Part shown: positions 1 to 9,899 of the stretch, in pieces
Layout of the letters: each line of letters opens with the position of its first letter
How positions within the stretch are numbered: the stretch's first letter is position 1
IMG/VR virus record: IMGVR_UViG_3300037042_001805
Coordinates: 1-33,353 of that record
Reading direction: 5' to 3' (one strand)
Origin: a virus
Taxonomy: Duplodnaviria > Caudoviricetes
Length of the DNA stretch: 33,353 nucleotides
Made by a program: the position numbers and the translations under genes
Notes under the pieces: generated by a model
The model's input: only the letters and a program-made list of their open reading frames with translations
The model's database searches: none
What the model was told of the DNA's origin: nothing

Positions 1-127
1 GTATTTACCTCTGCTCCAATTGTTTCAGGGAATACTTCATAACCATCTGCAGCTTGAAATACTGAGGACGAAATGACAGACCCTGTAAAAAATACGGAGC
101 TTGATTGATAACGATAATAACTATCAA
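1..127. repeat. 127-bp exact terminal direct repeat (second copy 33227-33353); circular-assembly overlap
   Basis: Sequence is identical at both ends and lies mid-gene. 127 is a common maximum assembler k-mer. Confidence 0.95.
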
Positions 128-416
128 ACTTAAAATACTTAATCGGAGAAGTATTTTGTTGTATCAATTCTGTTTGAGTTGAGTTTATTATTCTGCTCAA
201 ATCAAAAATACCTGTTAAACCTTGTGAGGACGGATACTTTGCTAATGTCCATGTATTGCCGCTACCACTATCTGCTACACTACCTGTCCATATAGTTAAT
301 TCACCTATGTATTGAAAATTGGCCTGTCCTACTAATGTTGAGGACGATACCGAAAATATGACTGGCGATTGTGCCAATGACATAGATGCCGGTGTTTGTA
401 TAAATGAGTATGACAT
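1..416 (-). CDS. 5' part of a virion tail protein spanning the junction (joins 33226-32479; 387 aa total)
   Basis: ATG at 416 (MSYSFIQTPASMSLAQSPVIFSV...). It is open to base 1 and in frame with the 32479..33204 ORF (416+748=1164 nt). A late promoter motif lies upstream. Confidence 0.85.
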   Translation of the reverse strand, partial: MSYSFIQTPASMSLAQSPVIFSVSSSTLVGQANFQYIGELTIWTGSVADSGSGNTWTLAKYPSSQGLTGIFDLSRIINSTQTELIQQNTSPIKYFKFDSYYRYQSSSVFFTGSVISSSVFQAADGYEVFPETIGAEVN

Positions 417-431
417 TTAATAATTCTTTCT

Positions 432-463
432 TATTTAACCAATAAAAATAAAAAAGTAGTGGG
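432..463 (-). promoter_or_regulatory. Putative late promoter (CACTAC-N16-GTTAAATA)
   Basis: The same two elements at 16-nt spacing recur at 6107-6135, 16156-16187 and 18631-18659. Confidence 0.7.
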
Positions 464-469
464 GGTATA

Positions 470-865
470 TTACAATTTAGCTATTTCCTTTTGTAATACT
501 TCAACTAAATTATTTTCTAATTCAGTAATGTATAATGCAATTGCTGCATCTACATTTATGTTATCACGTGCTTTTGTTGGAAATCCAAATTCTGGTCTAC
601 CTTTTGTTCTAGATTTATTGGTTGCAGGTTCGTCCCAAAACTCACCATACTCTGCACCATCGGGTGAGTAATCTACTGAGACTGTTGCAGGTCTATCACT
701 TAATCCATCTGCCGGCAACTTATACTTAATCATAGTAGAGTAAGTGTTAGCCGTATTTATTTTTCTCCTAAGATTGCCTGTTTTATAAGGTGCATATGCA
801 ATAGTTAATGTCTTTATTGTTTTTGCAACATCTTTTAATGCCTTTTCAACTTTTGTCTTTGACAT
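470..865 (-). CDS. Putative tail-completion protein (HK97 gp10-like)
   Basis: APYKTGNLRRKI motif, basic, 131 aa, within the head-tail module. Confidence 0.55.
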   Translation of the reverse strand: MSKTKVEKALKDVAKTIKTLTIAYAPYKTGNLRRKINTANTYSTMIKYKLPADGLSDRPATVSVDYSPDGAEYGEFWDEPATNKSRTKGRPEFGFPTKARDNINVDAAIALYITELENNLVEVLQKEIAKL

Positions 866-874
866 GTTAAAGGT

Positions 875-1408
875 TTAGTAGGCAGACCCTGACGGATATA
901 AATTATATAAACATCTAGGTCTATCGTTGTGTGTAGTAAGTGTAAATGTTGAAACCCAACCTGCTAATCCATTATTAAATCTTTCTGCAAATGGTTCGTT
1001 TGTAATTTGGTCGGTGATATCAAAACTTTCAACTGAGTATTGTGTGAATGCAGTAAGGTCATTTACAACTCCTAATGTGTTTGCCCATATATCAATTGTA
1101 TCATCTGTTTTATAAAAAGGCACATCTAATACATTCGTTCTACCAACCGACTCGTTATTTTTATTCTTTATCTTATCAGCAATTATTAACTGAATTGTAT
1201 AGTCAGTCGTATTTGTATTAAAGTTAGCAGCCAATATATTTACATTACCCAAAGGATAAAGCTGAAATTGTTCATCATCTATCTGTGCTATATCACCTTG
1301 AGTTACAGATTGTATTGTTGGGTGATTTTGCATTATAGTCTTAAAATACTCAATTACATTATAGTAAAGAGTATAATTGACAGCAGCATTGTTTTGTAAA
1401 TAAGACAT
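875..1408 (-). CDS. Putative tail terminator / head-tail joining protein
   Basis: Size, position and C-terminal EPFxERFxNxLAGW motif typical of Bacteroidota siphovirus tail terminators. Confidence 0.5.
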   Translation of the reverse strand: MSYLQNNAAVNYTLYYNVIEYFKTIMQNHPTIQSVTQGDIAQIDDEQFQLYPLGNVNILAANFNTNTTDYTIQLIIADKIKNKNNESVGRTNVLDVPFYKTDDTIDIWANTLGVVNDLTAFTQYSVESFDITDQITNEPFAERFNNGLAGWVSTFTLTTHNDRPRCLYNLYPSGSAY

Positions 1409-1419
1409 ATTAAATTAAA

Positions 1420-1938
1420 TTATAATTGTAGCCCATTAAAATATTGATTTGTTTGGTCAGGATATATTTGTGTCATGTTACCAACTGATTGTAAGTATTG
1501 TGGTATTTGATTAGAATATGCAACCAAATAGTTTTGTAATCTTAAAGCATAGTAATCAGCGTTTGCTTCTGCCTTAGCTAAAAGATAGTCTATTTCGGAT
1601 TTAGAGGGGGCAATACCTTGCTCTGATTGTTGTTTGACACTTCCATTAGACTTAAACTGAATTGACGAAAATGGTATGTATTCAACACAACCATACCATA
1701 TTAAAGTATTCTTAATGTGGTCGTCTAATAAGTCTCTATAAAAAACTGATAAACTACTAACTGTGTTTGCTAGAATTTGTTCCTGTAAGTATTCAAATAA
1801 AACAGTGCCTAATAAATTCTTTAAGTATTTGTCTTGTGAAGTTCTCATAAATGGCAATAGAGCATCTGCATCAATTGCACCTTGTAATGGAGTGTTCTTT
1901 ATAATATCGTTTCTGTTTATGAATAATGCGTATGCCAT
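1420..1938 (-). CDS. Putative head-tail adaptor (DUF6712-like)
   Basis: Directly downstream of the portal; helical protein with ALFI..D....GAID.D.LLP.....Q...LLG..LF pattern. Confidence 0.55.
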   Translation of the reverse strand: MAYALFINRNDIIKNTPLQGAIDADALLPFMRTSQDKYLKNLLGTVLFEYLQEQILANTVSSLSVFYRDLLDDHIKNTLIWYGCVEYIPFSSIQFKSNGSVKQQSEQGIAPSKSEIDYLLAKAEANADYYALRLQNYLVAYSNQIPQYLQSVGNMTQIYPDQTNQYFNGLQL

Positions 1939-1940
1939 AG

Positions 1941-3290
1941 TTATTTTTTATTATATATTTCGTAATCTTGTTTGAAAAATGCAGACGATACACCCATTGT
2001 TCCAAATCCCTCTACTGCAGGGCCGTTAGGGCCTCTTAATCCGTTATCACCACCTGCTCGCTTAGTTGGTTTATTAGGTTCGTTTGGAGTTTGGTCACCT
2101 GGATTATCTTGTGTTGCAGGATTTTCCATACTATCATTTGTTTCGTCCTCTACTTGTCCTATTGTCTTATCAGTTTCCTCAGCAGTTTCTGCTAAGATTA
2201 CTAATGGAGTTAATTGTTCAAAGTATAATTCCATATTATCGTATCCACCACAAGTCAATGCATAATCTAATGAATTTAAGATTATATTTTGGAATGGAGA
2301 GATAGTCATTGTTTGCATAATACTAAATGCTGTTTTCATTTCCTCTGATTGTGAGGAGAAACCATTTGCTTCAGTTCTAATACCAAATAATAATGGACTT
2401 GTTACTCTATGTGCAACTAATATTCTATCTTGTGCGTAAGTTGCAACATACTCATACTTTTCATGTAAGTTTTCAATATTGATTACATCTATCGTAGGTT
2501 TACTTGCAACATCGTCATTAAAGGATAACATAAATCTACCTGCATTTCTAGTGCCTGTAAACTTATTTTGCACCAATGCTTCTATCGTTTGTCTTTCCTC
2601 CGGTGCTGGCACTCCTGTATTGAAGTTTAACATTACTGCCGGTAAGAAACCATTTTCTATATTGTTGATATGTAGATTAGATAACTCAGCTTCTACAAAA
2701 CTAAATTGTAAAGCAGATACCCAATCAGGTAAAGAATAATAATATAAACTTGGAGAATAGTTTTTAATATAAAGTATTTCCATTTTCTCATTACTACTTT
2801 CAAATGCAGGGACTTTCTTTTTATTTTTTACACTTCTTTGGTCATTCCAATCTGTGCAATAATAATAGTTTTCTATCTTTGGATTATTATATATCTTTTC
2901 TGCTCTTAAATACTGGACAGGTACATGATACATTTTAATTATTTTAGTATGCTCATCATTCCAATATACTTGAAATGCTGCATTACCATATAATTTTAAG
3001 TCAAATGATACTCTTTTAGTTTCCTCTTGCGGTATAATCTTTTGTAGTAATTCGTTAAATTCAGGTCTCTTTGAGTATAAACCCTTACCGAATATTAAAT
3101 CAGCAATACCCTCTATACATGCTGCATTGGTTGTTGAAGTATTGTGTGCTAGTGTTACTGCACCAAAGAAATCATCTTGTCCGTAAACACCGAATGGCAC
3201 CCAAGCATATCTAGTTCTTGTGTCCTCCATTATTCTTGGGATATCTTGTGATTGCAAATTTACTACTGAGAATTTAGTTTCTTGTTTCAT
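1941..3290 (-). CDS. Portal protein
   Basis: 449 aa with ACIEGIADLIFGKG, DLKLYGNA, YYSLPDW, NGFLP, FTGTRNAG and AHRVTSPLLFGI motifs. Confidence 0.9.
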   Translation of the reverse strand: MKQETKFSVVNLQSQDIPRIMEDTRTRYAWVPFGVYGQDDFFGAVTLAHNTSTTNAACIEGIADLIFGKGLYSKRPEFNELLQKIIPQEETKRVSFDLKLYGNAAFQVYWNDEHTKIIKMYHVPVQYLRAEKIYNNPKIENYYYCTDWNDQRSVKNKKKVPAFESSNEKMEILYIKNYSPSLYYYSLPDWVSALQFSFVEAELSNLHINNIENGFLPAVMLNFNTGVPAPEERQTIEALVQNKFTGTRNAGRFMLSFNDDVASKPTIDVINIENLHEKYEYVATYAQDRILVAHRVTSPLLFGIRTEANGFSSQSEEMKTAFSIMQTMTISPFQNIILNSLDYALTCGGYDNMELYFEQLTPLVILAETAEETDKTIGQVEDETNDSMENPATQDNPGDQTPNEPNKPTKRAGGDNGLRGPNGPAVEGFGTMGVSSAFFKQDYEIYNKK

Positions 3291-3293
3291 ATA

Positions 3294-3665
3294 TTAGTCT
3301 AAAATTACATATTGATTTGTTGATACATGTGATACCTCATTACCGTCTAATGGTATTTGGTTTGCACTTATTGCTTTATACTGAGGTGCATTACTTTGAG
3401 ACATAAACACCTGTATGCTACCATGCCATATGTCGGTTGTCCCATTTAATAAAGTTGCTCTAAACTCTTGTGCAACATTCGTATTATTGATACTTGCAGT
3501 AAAAGATAAAAGACTTTCATACCCATTATAAGTTACTCCTGAAAGAGATGCCGTTGAGTTTGCCTGTGTTGTCATATCTTGCAATGACATAGTAAAACTA
3601 TTTGAAGCAGTAATTGCAGTTCTTATTGTATATCCGTTGATACTTCCTGATATGAATGTAAGCAT
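3294..3665 (-). CDS. Small virion structural protein (beta-rich)
   Basis: 123 aa S/T-rich ORF between tail tube and portal, with a GTTAAATA motif upstream at 3694-3701. Confidence 0.5.
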   Translation of the reverse strand: MLTFISGSINGYTIRTAITASNSFTMSLQDMTTQANSTASLSGVTYNGYESLLSFTASINNTNVAQEFRATLLNGTTDIWHGSIQVFMSQSNAPQYKAISANQIPLDGNEVSHVSTNQYVILD

Positions 3666-3741
3666 TATCTAGTATTAGTTTGGTATTATCTATTATTTAA
3701 CACACAATAAATCAAATATGGTTAAAGTAGGGGCATAATAA

Positions 3742-3774
3742 AAGCATATCCTTTATTTTACAAAGAATATGCTT
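3742..3774 (-). terminator. Hairpin downstream of the tail tube gene
   Basis: AAGCATAT..ATATGCTT inverted repeat in intergenic DNA, followed by T-rich sequence on the minus strand. Confidence 0.5.
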
Positions 3775-3799
3775 CAATATATTTTAAGTCTGTCAGTTA

Positions 3800-4375
3800 T
3801 TAAGCCGCAGAACCTGAAACAACTGTTGGTTTAACCGTCAATGCTGCTGCACCGAATGGGTTAAATTGAGTTGACCCGGTTACAAATGCTGCAGGTAGTT
3901 TTTCCATACCACTTAAAGTAATAGAATAACCATAAAGGTCTCCCATTCCTGCTCCTGTTTGTATTGTTCCTGCTGTCAAATCACAACCTTGCGTAATACC
4001 CGCTACTAATGCCTGTCCGTTATTAGTCCAAACAATTGCAACTGGTCTACCATATGCAAGTGTTTTTAATTGAACTGTCATTTCCGGTGTCAACTTCTTT
4101 AAGTTAAGAGTTAATTCTTGTGTAAAGAATGTAGTTCCATTCTCTCTACTTGAGTTAACTGTTTCCGTATATGCACTCGTTCCCTTTAAGGAATAATAAT
4201 ATACCGTGCTTCCTGAAGGAAATGCGGTAACTTCATTCGTATCTGTATTAAGCGTAAAGTTAGGCGTGTAAGACCCAGTTCCAGTAGAAGGGTAGTTAAA
4301 GAAGTAAACTCCTTGTAAACCACCAATACTTTCCTTACAAACTTCTTGTCTCCCTAATGATAAATCGCATGCCAT
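3800..4375 (-). CDS. Major tail (tube) protein
   Basis: MACDLSLGR..CKESIGG start, RENGTTFFTQEL, LAYGRP and GDLYGYSITLSGME motifs; follows the capsid gene. Confidence 0.75.
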   Translation of the reverse strand: MACDLSLGRQEVCKESIGGLQGVYFFNYPSTGTGSYTPNFTLNTDTNEVTAFPSGSTVYYYSLKGTSAYTETVNSSRENGTTFFTQELTLNLKKLTPEMTVQLKTLAYGRPVAIVWTNNGQALVAGITQGCDLTAGTIQTGAGMGDLYGYSITLSGMEKLPAAFVTGSTQFNPFGAAALTVKPTVVSGSAA

Positions 4376-4403
4376 AATATTTTATGTTTAATTTGTTTGT
4401 TAA

Positions 4404-4442
4404 AAGGGTGAGTTTCTTTTTCTACGATACTCCTCACCCCTT
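4404..4442 (-). terminator. Hairpin between capsid and tail tube genes (partial terminator or stabiliser)
   Basis: GGGTGAG...CTCACCC inverted repeat followed by a T run on the minus strand. Confidence 0.5.
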
Positions 4443-4451
4443 AATTATTTT

Positions 4452-5459
4452 TTAGTATGCTCCGTAGTATACAATGTCTTGACCGATACCGATTTGAGTT
4501 CCTGCGGTATACCTGGCAACCAGACGGAAATTTTGACTTCCGTCAATATCACTCATATCCAATACCTTAACTTCCTGGTAATCTGATAATAAACCAGTTC
4601 CAAAGAATAAGTTTGACTTTTGAGCTGCAACCATTTTGTTATCACTCATACCAGGACACATTACGATTTCAATTCCTTGGAAGTTGAAAGGCTTTTCACC
4701 CACGTTCATTTGTGTATTGAAACCTGATTGGTTTGCGTTACCACCTAAAGCAGTTTGATAAGCTTTAGCTACATTTGTTGAAACATAGATAACTAAATCC
4801 TCTTTACCATAAACTGTGTTTGGAATTGTGTTGTAAACATTACCAATTTTGTTGATAACATTTGCTGAAGTAATACTACCCGAGTCAATAGCTGACCCTG
4901 TTAATGCTGGTAAAACTGCTGATGCACCACCTGCTGCAATACTACCTGATAAACGAGCTTGGAAACCTATGAAATTACCATTTGTTGAAACTTCAAGAGT
5001 TGGAGCACCTACTGCAGGGCCTTGCCAAATAGAAGTCTCAGTTGAAGCAGCTACTTGTGCTAAAACTTGACCGATTAAGTAGTCATTAAAGTTTTTAGGG
5101 ATAGTATCAAAAGCACTATATCCTAATTGTAATGCTTCCCATGATTTTACAAAGTTTTCTTTACATAATGTAAGGTTAACTTGTAATTCTTTTGGCACGA
5201 TAATTTGTTCTGTTAAAGTTACACTACCAGAAGTTTGGAAATCACAACTTGCATCTTGTACGATACCTGATTGTGCTACTTTTTGGATTACCTCTTTGTA
5301 TTTCACATTAGGCATGATTGTTACTAACTTCTTATCTAGCGTGTTTGCAGATAATAAAGCAGCAGCAATATACTGACCTGCAAATTCACCTGCGTAAGTT
5401 GAGGTGATTGTTGGTTCAGCTGCGAATTTTGCAATTCTTTTGTTTGTTAAATTGTTCAT
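4452..5459 (-). CDS. Major capsid protein
   Basis: 335 aa with ITSTYAGEFAGQYIAAALLSA, PNVKYK, ELQVNLTLCK and NLFFGTGLLSD..EVKVLDM motifs; follows the scaffold gene. Confidence 0.85.
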   Translation of the reverse strand: MNNLTNKRIAKFAAEPTITSTYAGEFAGQYIAAALLSANTLDKKLVTIMPNVKYKEVIQKVAQSGIVQDASCDFQTSGSVTLTEQIIVPKELQVNLTLCKENFVKSWEALQLGYSAFDTIPKNFNDYLIGQVLAQVAASTETSIWQGPAVGAPTLEVSTNGNFIGFQARLSGSIAAGGASAVLPALTGSAIDSGSITSANVINKIGNVYNTIPNTVYGKEDLVIYVSTNVAKAYQTALGGNANQSGFNTQMNVGEKPFNFQGIEIVMCPGMSDNKMVAAQKSNLFFGTGLLSDYQEVKVLDMSDIDGSQNFRLVARYTAGTQIGIGQDIVYYGAY

Positions 5460-5494
5460 TTTTTTAATTTGTTAAATGAGTTTATAAATATTTT

Positions 5495-6091
5495 TTATCT
5501 GTATAACTTTGCGTATATACTAGATTGTATGTTTTGTGATTTTTGACCAAAGTTCTTTTTGTTTGTCTCTACTGCAAATCTTACTGCATCTTCAATCGGT
5601 GCACCATCTAATTTTGGTAACTCCTCGTCTTGCATTTCCATTTCCTTTTCAACTACTGGAGCAACTTTTTCCATCTCCATCATTTTCTTTTCCATCTCCT
5701 CAATACGATAAGTTAATTCATCCATTTTCTTACCCATATCTACTTCGTCTGCTGGAGCTTCCTCTGAAACTACTTCCTCCTCAGTTGGTTCTACCTCAAC
5801 TGATACTTCTGCCATTTCAACATTTTCTCTTTCAACAATTTTACCGTCCTCAGTTATAATTCTAATAAGAGTTTCATTGCCCTCACTATCTCTTAAACTA
5901 ATTTGGTGTTCTCCGTTTGGAGCTTTTGATTTTGTGCCATCCTCTGCAACTACTTCCACATCCTCACCGACATCAAATGTTGGAGATTGTAATATAGTTC
6001 CATCAGCTGTTTTAGCATCTGTAAATTCAACTTCTACTTCGTTAAAAGAAATCATAGAAGCTATTTTACTTAATACGGTTTTCGCATTCAT
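5495..6091 (-). CDS. Capsid scaffolding protein
   Basis: Very acidic with a coiled coil and basic C-terminus, APNGEH motif, immediately upstream of the capsid gene. Confidence 0.7.
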   Translation of the reverse strand: MNAKTVLSKIASMISFNEVEVEFTDAKTADGTILQSPTFDVGEDVEVVAEDGTKSKAPNGEHQISLRDSEGNETLIRIITEDGKIVERENVEMAEVSVEVEPTEEEVVSEEAPADEVDMGKKMDELTYRIEEMEKKMMEMEKVAPVVEKEMEMQDEELPKLDGAPIEDAVRFAVETNKKNFGQKSQNIQSSIYAKLYR

Positions 6092-6106
6092 AATGTATAG
6101 TTTTAT

Positions 6107-6135
6107 TATTTAACAATGCTAAAATTAAATGTAGT
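6107..6135 (-). promoter_or_regulatory. Putative late promoter for scaffold-capsid (ACTAC-N16-GTTAAATA)
   Basis: Plus strand shows TATTTAAC at 6107-6114 and GTAGT at 6131-6135. Confidence 0.7.
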
Positions 6136-7348
6136 TAAAAATATATTGTTTTGCAGGGTTTATTTTAGTATTTGACCTTAAAAGTTCCATTATTTTTGGT
6201 GAAACTAAGTCAGGGTGCACCCACCAATCCTCATAACTATCATATTCATTAACTGCAACATCATTTACAATCAATTCATAACCAAAAGACTTTAAGTATT
6301 TCCTACTCTTTTCTCTTATAGTTTTAGAATTGTCTGCATAATGGTCGTGCTCAAATGTTATAACTCTAAACCTTTGTTTCCAAAATGGTATCTTTAATAA
6401 TACCTCATAACTAATTTCAGGTGGGTCTACATCTATTTGCAAGTAATCTGTTATATCTCCTAAGTCCCATATCGGCATTGTATTCCAATCTATTTTAGTT
6501 GCATCTATTTGATAAGGTATAGTTGTTCTATTGTTAGCCCAATTACCTACAACATTTGTATCAATATCAATGCTAACACCATCCCATCCTAATTCCTCTA
6601 ATAGTTTTGTATTGTTTCCGTATGTTGGGTGAGCACATCCTATTTCAATCCAACTACCACACTCCATACCATTAGTAGCCATTAACACAAATAAGTCCTG
6701 ATATGATTGTGAGTAATTCTTTTTAATCAGTTCAGCACCATTAAACTTATATCGTAATGATTTATATTCGTCATCGGTATAGATAGAGGGTTCTTTCCAA
6801 TTGCTTCCTAAGTGTGCTAAATCATTTTTTATTATATTTTTATATTCAGCATTGATTGTAGGATTGTCATTTAATACTCTCAAAATGTGTATACTCTCAT
6901 CAAAAAGTCCTATCTGCCAACCATTAACTGCTTTTTGGAATGAAAAAACCCAATTATCCGGGTAAGTTAAATCAGTCATTGGTTTAGTATTATCTAATCC
7001 AAATGTATATCCCATTACTGCCGTAGTATATGCCTCTTGCCACTCTCTATTGTTTTGATATGTTTGTGCAAGTAAATAATATGCTTCAGGTCTATTGGGT
7101 ATTAAAGTAATTGCTCTTAATAAAAAACCTTTGATTGTAAATATTCTATTACCTTGTTTAGTAAAACATAATGCAATTCTAATCAGTGCCTCATAGTTTT
7201 GTGTTGTATCTCTACCAAACTCTGTGCTTCTTAAATAAAAACCAACTGCTGATGCTGTCTGTCCTATCTTTTCATATTCCCATCCTAACTTAAAGCAAAT
7301 GCTACTATTCTTTGGGTTGCGTAAATACTGATATAATAAATCTTTCAT
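6125..7348 (-). CDS. TPR domain fused to an FkbM-like SAM-dependent methyltransferase
   Basis: N-half has TPR helices (PNRPEAYYLLA). C-half has YSQSYQDLFV, IEIGC..P..GNNT..LE..GWDGVSIDID, DYLQIDVD, ITFEHD and YEDWWV. Confidence 0.8.
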   Translation of the reverse strand: MKDLLYQYLRNPKNSSICFKLGWEYEKIGQTASAVGFYLRSTEFGRDTTQNYEALIRIALCFTKQGNRIFTIKGFLLRAITLIPNRPEAYYLLAQTYQNNREWQEAYTTAVMGYTFGLDNTKPMTDLTYPDNWVFSFQKAVNGWQIGLFDESIHILRVLNDNPTINAEYKNIIKNDLAHLGSNWKEPSIYTDDEYKSLRYKFNGAELIKKNYSQSYQDLFVLMATNGMECGSWIEIGCAHPTYGNNTKLLEELGWDGVSIDIDTNVVGNWANNRTTIPYQIDATKIDWNTMPIWDLGDITDYLQIDVDPPEISYEVLLKIPFWKQRFRVITFEHDHYADNSKTIREKSRKYLKSFGYELIVNDVAVNEYDSYEDWWVHPDLVSPKIMELLRSNTKINPAKQYIFNYI

Positions 7349-7349
7349 A

Positions 7350-8126
7350 TTAAAATCCTAAGTGTTTTTGTCTAATGTAATTTATATCCCAACTAGTATA
7401 TGTAATTGGAATATGTAATGTATCAAATGGATATGCATACGGATTGCATGTTCTCCAACCTTCTCCCCATTTTTTATTTAGATATTCAAAGTTCTTTATA
7501 TTAACTTTAATTAACTTTTCCTCTAATTCAGGGTTTGCTTTACGAGTTTGTGAGCCTGTTTTATAATAGTCAGTAGTTTCTCCATGATAATATGGTTTAG
7601 AAATACTTTTAATAACTTTAATTGGTCTATGCATCATCCTCATAATGTAATCTGCATCCTCACAATAAGCAGGATATAAGTTCTCATCAAATAAACCAAA
7701 CTGATTTATAACCCAATCTTTAATTAAAAACAAATCATATGAGGGTAAATCAAAATCACCAATCTTACCATGCACCATTCCTACCTCATTATCTTTTGCA
7801 TGTTCGGCCATTTCTTGTAAAAACCCTTCTGTGAATGCTATATCGTGATTTACTAATACCCAATACGGCTCCATTGCAAATGATTTAATTGTCATATTCC
7901 ATGCACCGGATACTCCTATGTTTTGTGGTAAGTTGCAGACATGTATTTTATCTATTAAAGGGTGTTTGATTTGCTTTATTAAATCTAATTGTGCATCTAA
8001 TTCACCTTTACCATTATTATTCCATATAACTAAATTACTTACAGGATAATCTATACTCCATATCAACCTATTCAACCAATGTATTCCATTTACTATTGCA
8101 ACTCCTATTACTGGTATTTTGTCCAT
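7350..8126 (-). CDS. GT-A fold glycosyltransferase (GT2-like)
   Basis: VIWNN, NIGVSGAWN, LVNHDI (DxD-like) and GLFDENLYPAYCEDADY motifs. Confidence 0.85.
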   Translation of the reverse strand: MDKIPVIGVAIVNGIHWLNRLIWSIDYPVSNLVIWNNNGKGELDAQLDLIKQIKHPLIDKIHVCNLPQNIGVSGAWNMTIKSFAMEPYWVLVNHDIAFTEGFLQEMAEHAKDNEVGMVHGKIGDFDLPSYDLFLIKDWVINQFGLFDENLYPAYCEDADYIMRMMHRPIKVIKSISKPYYHGETTDYYKTGSQTRKANPELEEKLIKVNIKNFEYLNKKWGEGWRTCNPYAYPFDTLHIPITYTSWDINYIRQKHLGF

Positions 8127-9088
8127 GTCAATTTATTTAATGTATCTTTATTCATTCTTAAAACAAATGCTGCATTGTCCTGATATCCAAATGTAATAAG
8201 TAATTCATTATTTAATTCAGCTAGTCCACAGCAAAACTCTATCTCACCATCCATAAAACTAAACCTATCTGATATTTGTAGTATGTTCCAATCTAAATCC
8301 CATATAATAAACTTATGTGTGTATTTTGCATCTCTTTGTCCTAACTTATTTTTCCATAAGTCCGTTTCATGTATAATGCACATTCTTGTATCTCCTATAC
8401 GAATAACTTGACTACCACCTCTCATATTTTGGAAAGCACCTATACCTTCTTTCACTACAACTTGTTCTGATTGTAAAGTATTTATATTTGCTTTAACTAC
8501 CTCTGTTGGATTAGCCCACTTTACATAATGAAATGGTAAATCATTAACTACCATCCAATTCTTTTCACAATAACTGCCTGTGTTTATTGGTGCTTCTATT
8601 CTATACCTGTTAATTTCTTTATTGTTTTCTATTTCAGATAATTCCATTCTACCTTGTCCGTTATGTGTTGTATCTCTACGCACACCAGAAATCCAAAGTT
8701 TATCATCCCATTTTGTAATTCGTGCATCCTCTAGTCCGTGAAACTCCCACATTGGGGTTATATCACATTTAGAGGTGTCTATTTTCTCATATCTTTTAAT
8801 TGCGAGGTCAGTATTCAATTCACACATAAAGTTGTTTGTTTTAAGGTGTAAATCGTTTTCTGGATTTAGATATGATAACGGCCCATATCTGTTTGCAAAG
8901 ACTTGTGTGCCTTCACAATGTATGAGTGTGTAATTTACATGACGGACATTGCATAAAATATCCTCTCCATCAATAAAGATAGAGGGGTTCATGAGACCTG
9001 TTCCGCCTGTTTGTTCTGTTGGGATTATTAGTGGGAATATATCACCACCATTATCTATAACGAGTTTTGCTAGATTTTGTATTGCCAT
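8108..9088 (-). CDS. Five-bladed beta-propeller glycosidase/phosphorylase-like protein (GH130/GH43-DUF377-like)
   Basis: MNPSI, GLEDARI, CEKNW, RGGS, IEFCCGL and ITFGYQD motifs. Confidence 0.75.
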   Translation of the reverse strand: MAIQNLAKLVIDNGGDIFPLIIPTEQTGGTGLMNPSIFIDGEDILCNVRHVNYTLIHCEGTQVFANRYGPLSYLNPENDLHLKTNNFMCELNTDLAIKRYEKIDTSKCDITPMWEFHGLEDARITKWDDKLWISGVRRDTTHNGQGRMELSEIENNKEINRYRIEAPINTGSYCEKNWMVVNDLPFHYVKWANPTEVVKANINTLQSEQVVVKEGIGAFQNMRGGSQVIRIGDTRMCIIHETDLWKNKLGQRDAKYTHKFIIWDLDWNILQISDRFSFMDGEIEFCCGLAELNNELLITFGYQDNAAFVLRMNKDTLNKLTWTKYQ

Positions 9089-9127
9089 TTAATATTTAAC
9101 ACCTATAAATAAAAAAAGTGTTAAATC

Positions 9128-9898
9128 CTAACAACTACCATCGTATGCGTAGATTGAGAATGTAGTTGAGGTATTTACTACTGCTCCACCAAATTGTGTC
9201 ACCTTACCTCCACCGGTTCCAACTGTTGCATTACAAAAGAAAGTGCTAGCACAATCTGTTCCTTCAATATGTTGTCCTGCAACTCCAAGTGAATAGAAAA
9301 TATCTACATCGTATGTTCCTATTTGATTTGAATAACCATTGATACTATCACCTGTTGATAATGGGAAACCTACACCTGTCACACCTGTAAGAGAAACTCC
9401 ATTTACCTGCACATCATCTATTATGACATCTAATGAGGCATTACTAATATAAAACTCAGCTAAAACAGCACATGCTGTAATTGAGGTAATACCATCATAA
9501 CATCCGTCAGGACAATTTTGAAAGTATGCATTTGTTCCATCACTCCAATAACCTTGTGCCGCTTCCGCAGTTCCTGTTGAGTTAGTATATAATATAGTTG
9601 ATATAGCTAAACTACCACTCCAATATAAAGTTGTATCAGGGGTTCCTGCACATGCTGCAGCTGCACTTCCACTACTATAATAAAAACTGCCACTATTATA
9701 TCCACAATTTTGACAATATGAATACCAACTACTCAAACTAACTTGTCCGCTTGAGGGTGGTTTAGAGGGTGAGAATTGATTTATACTCACATATGTTCCC
9801 AATCTGGCTTCGTTTATTCCAAAAGGTGATTGTGTAGGCACGCCTAACTCAACCCTAATATCGTCCATACTGATTTGTCCACTTGCAGGTAATGCCAT
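9128..9898 (-). CDS. Putative fibre-tip adhesin / receptor-binding protein, Cys-rich
   Basis: MALPASGQISMDDIRVELG N-terminus, typical of genes that follow peptidase-S74 fibres; G/S/T/C-rich. Confidence 0.55.
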   Translation of the reverse strand: MALPASGQISMDDIRVELGVPTQSPFGINEARLGTYVSINQFSPSKPPSSGQVSLSSWYSYCQNCGYNSGSFYYSSGSAAAACAGTPDTTLYWSGSLAISTILYTNSTGTAEAAQGYWSDGTNAYFQNCPDGCYDGITSITACAVLAEFYISNASLDVIIDDVQVNGVSLTGVTGVGFPLSTGDSINGYSNQIGTYDVDIFYSLGVAGQHIEGTDCASTFFCNATVGTGGGKVTQFGGAVVNTSTTFSIYAYDGSC

Positions 9899-9899
9899 T

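Noticed and set aside
6125-9088. DNA hypermodification (glycosyl-hmC type) cassette
   Set aside because: No hydroxymethylase, TET/JBP, kinase or polymerase genes, and late structural context. Disfavoured but not excluded.
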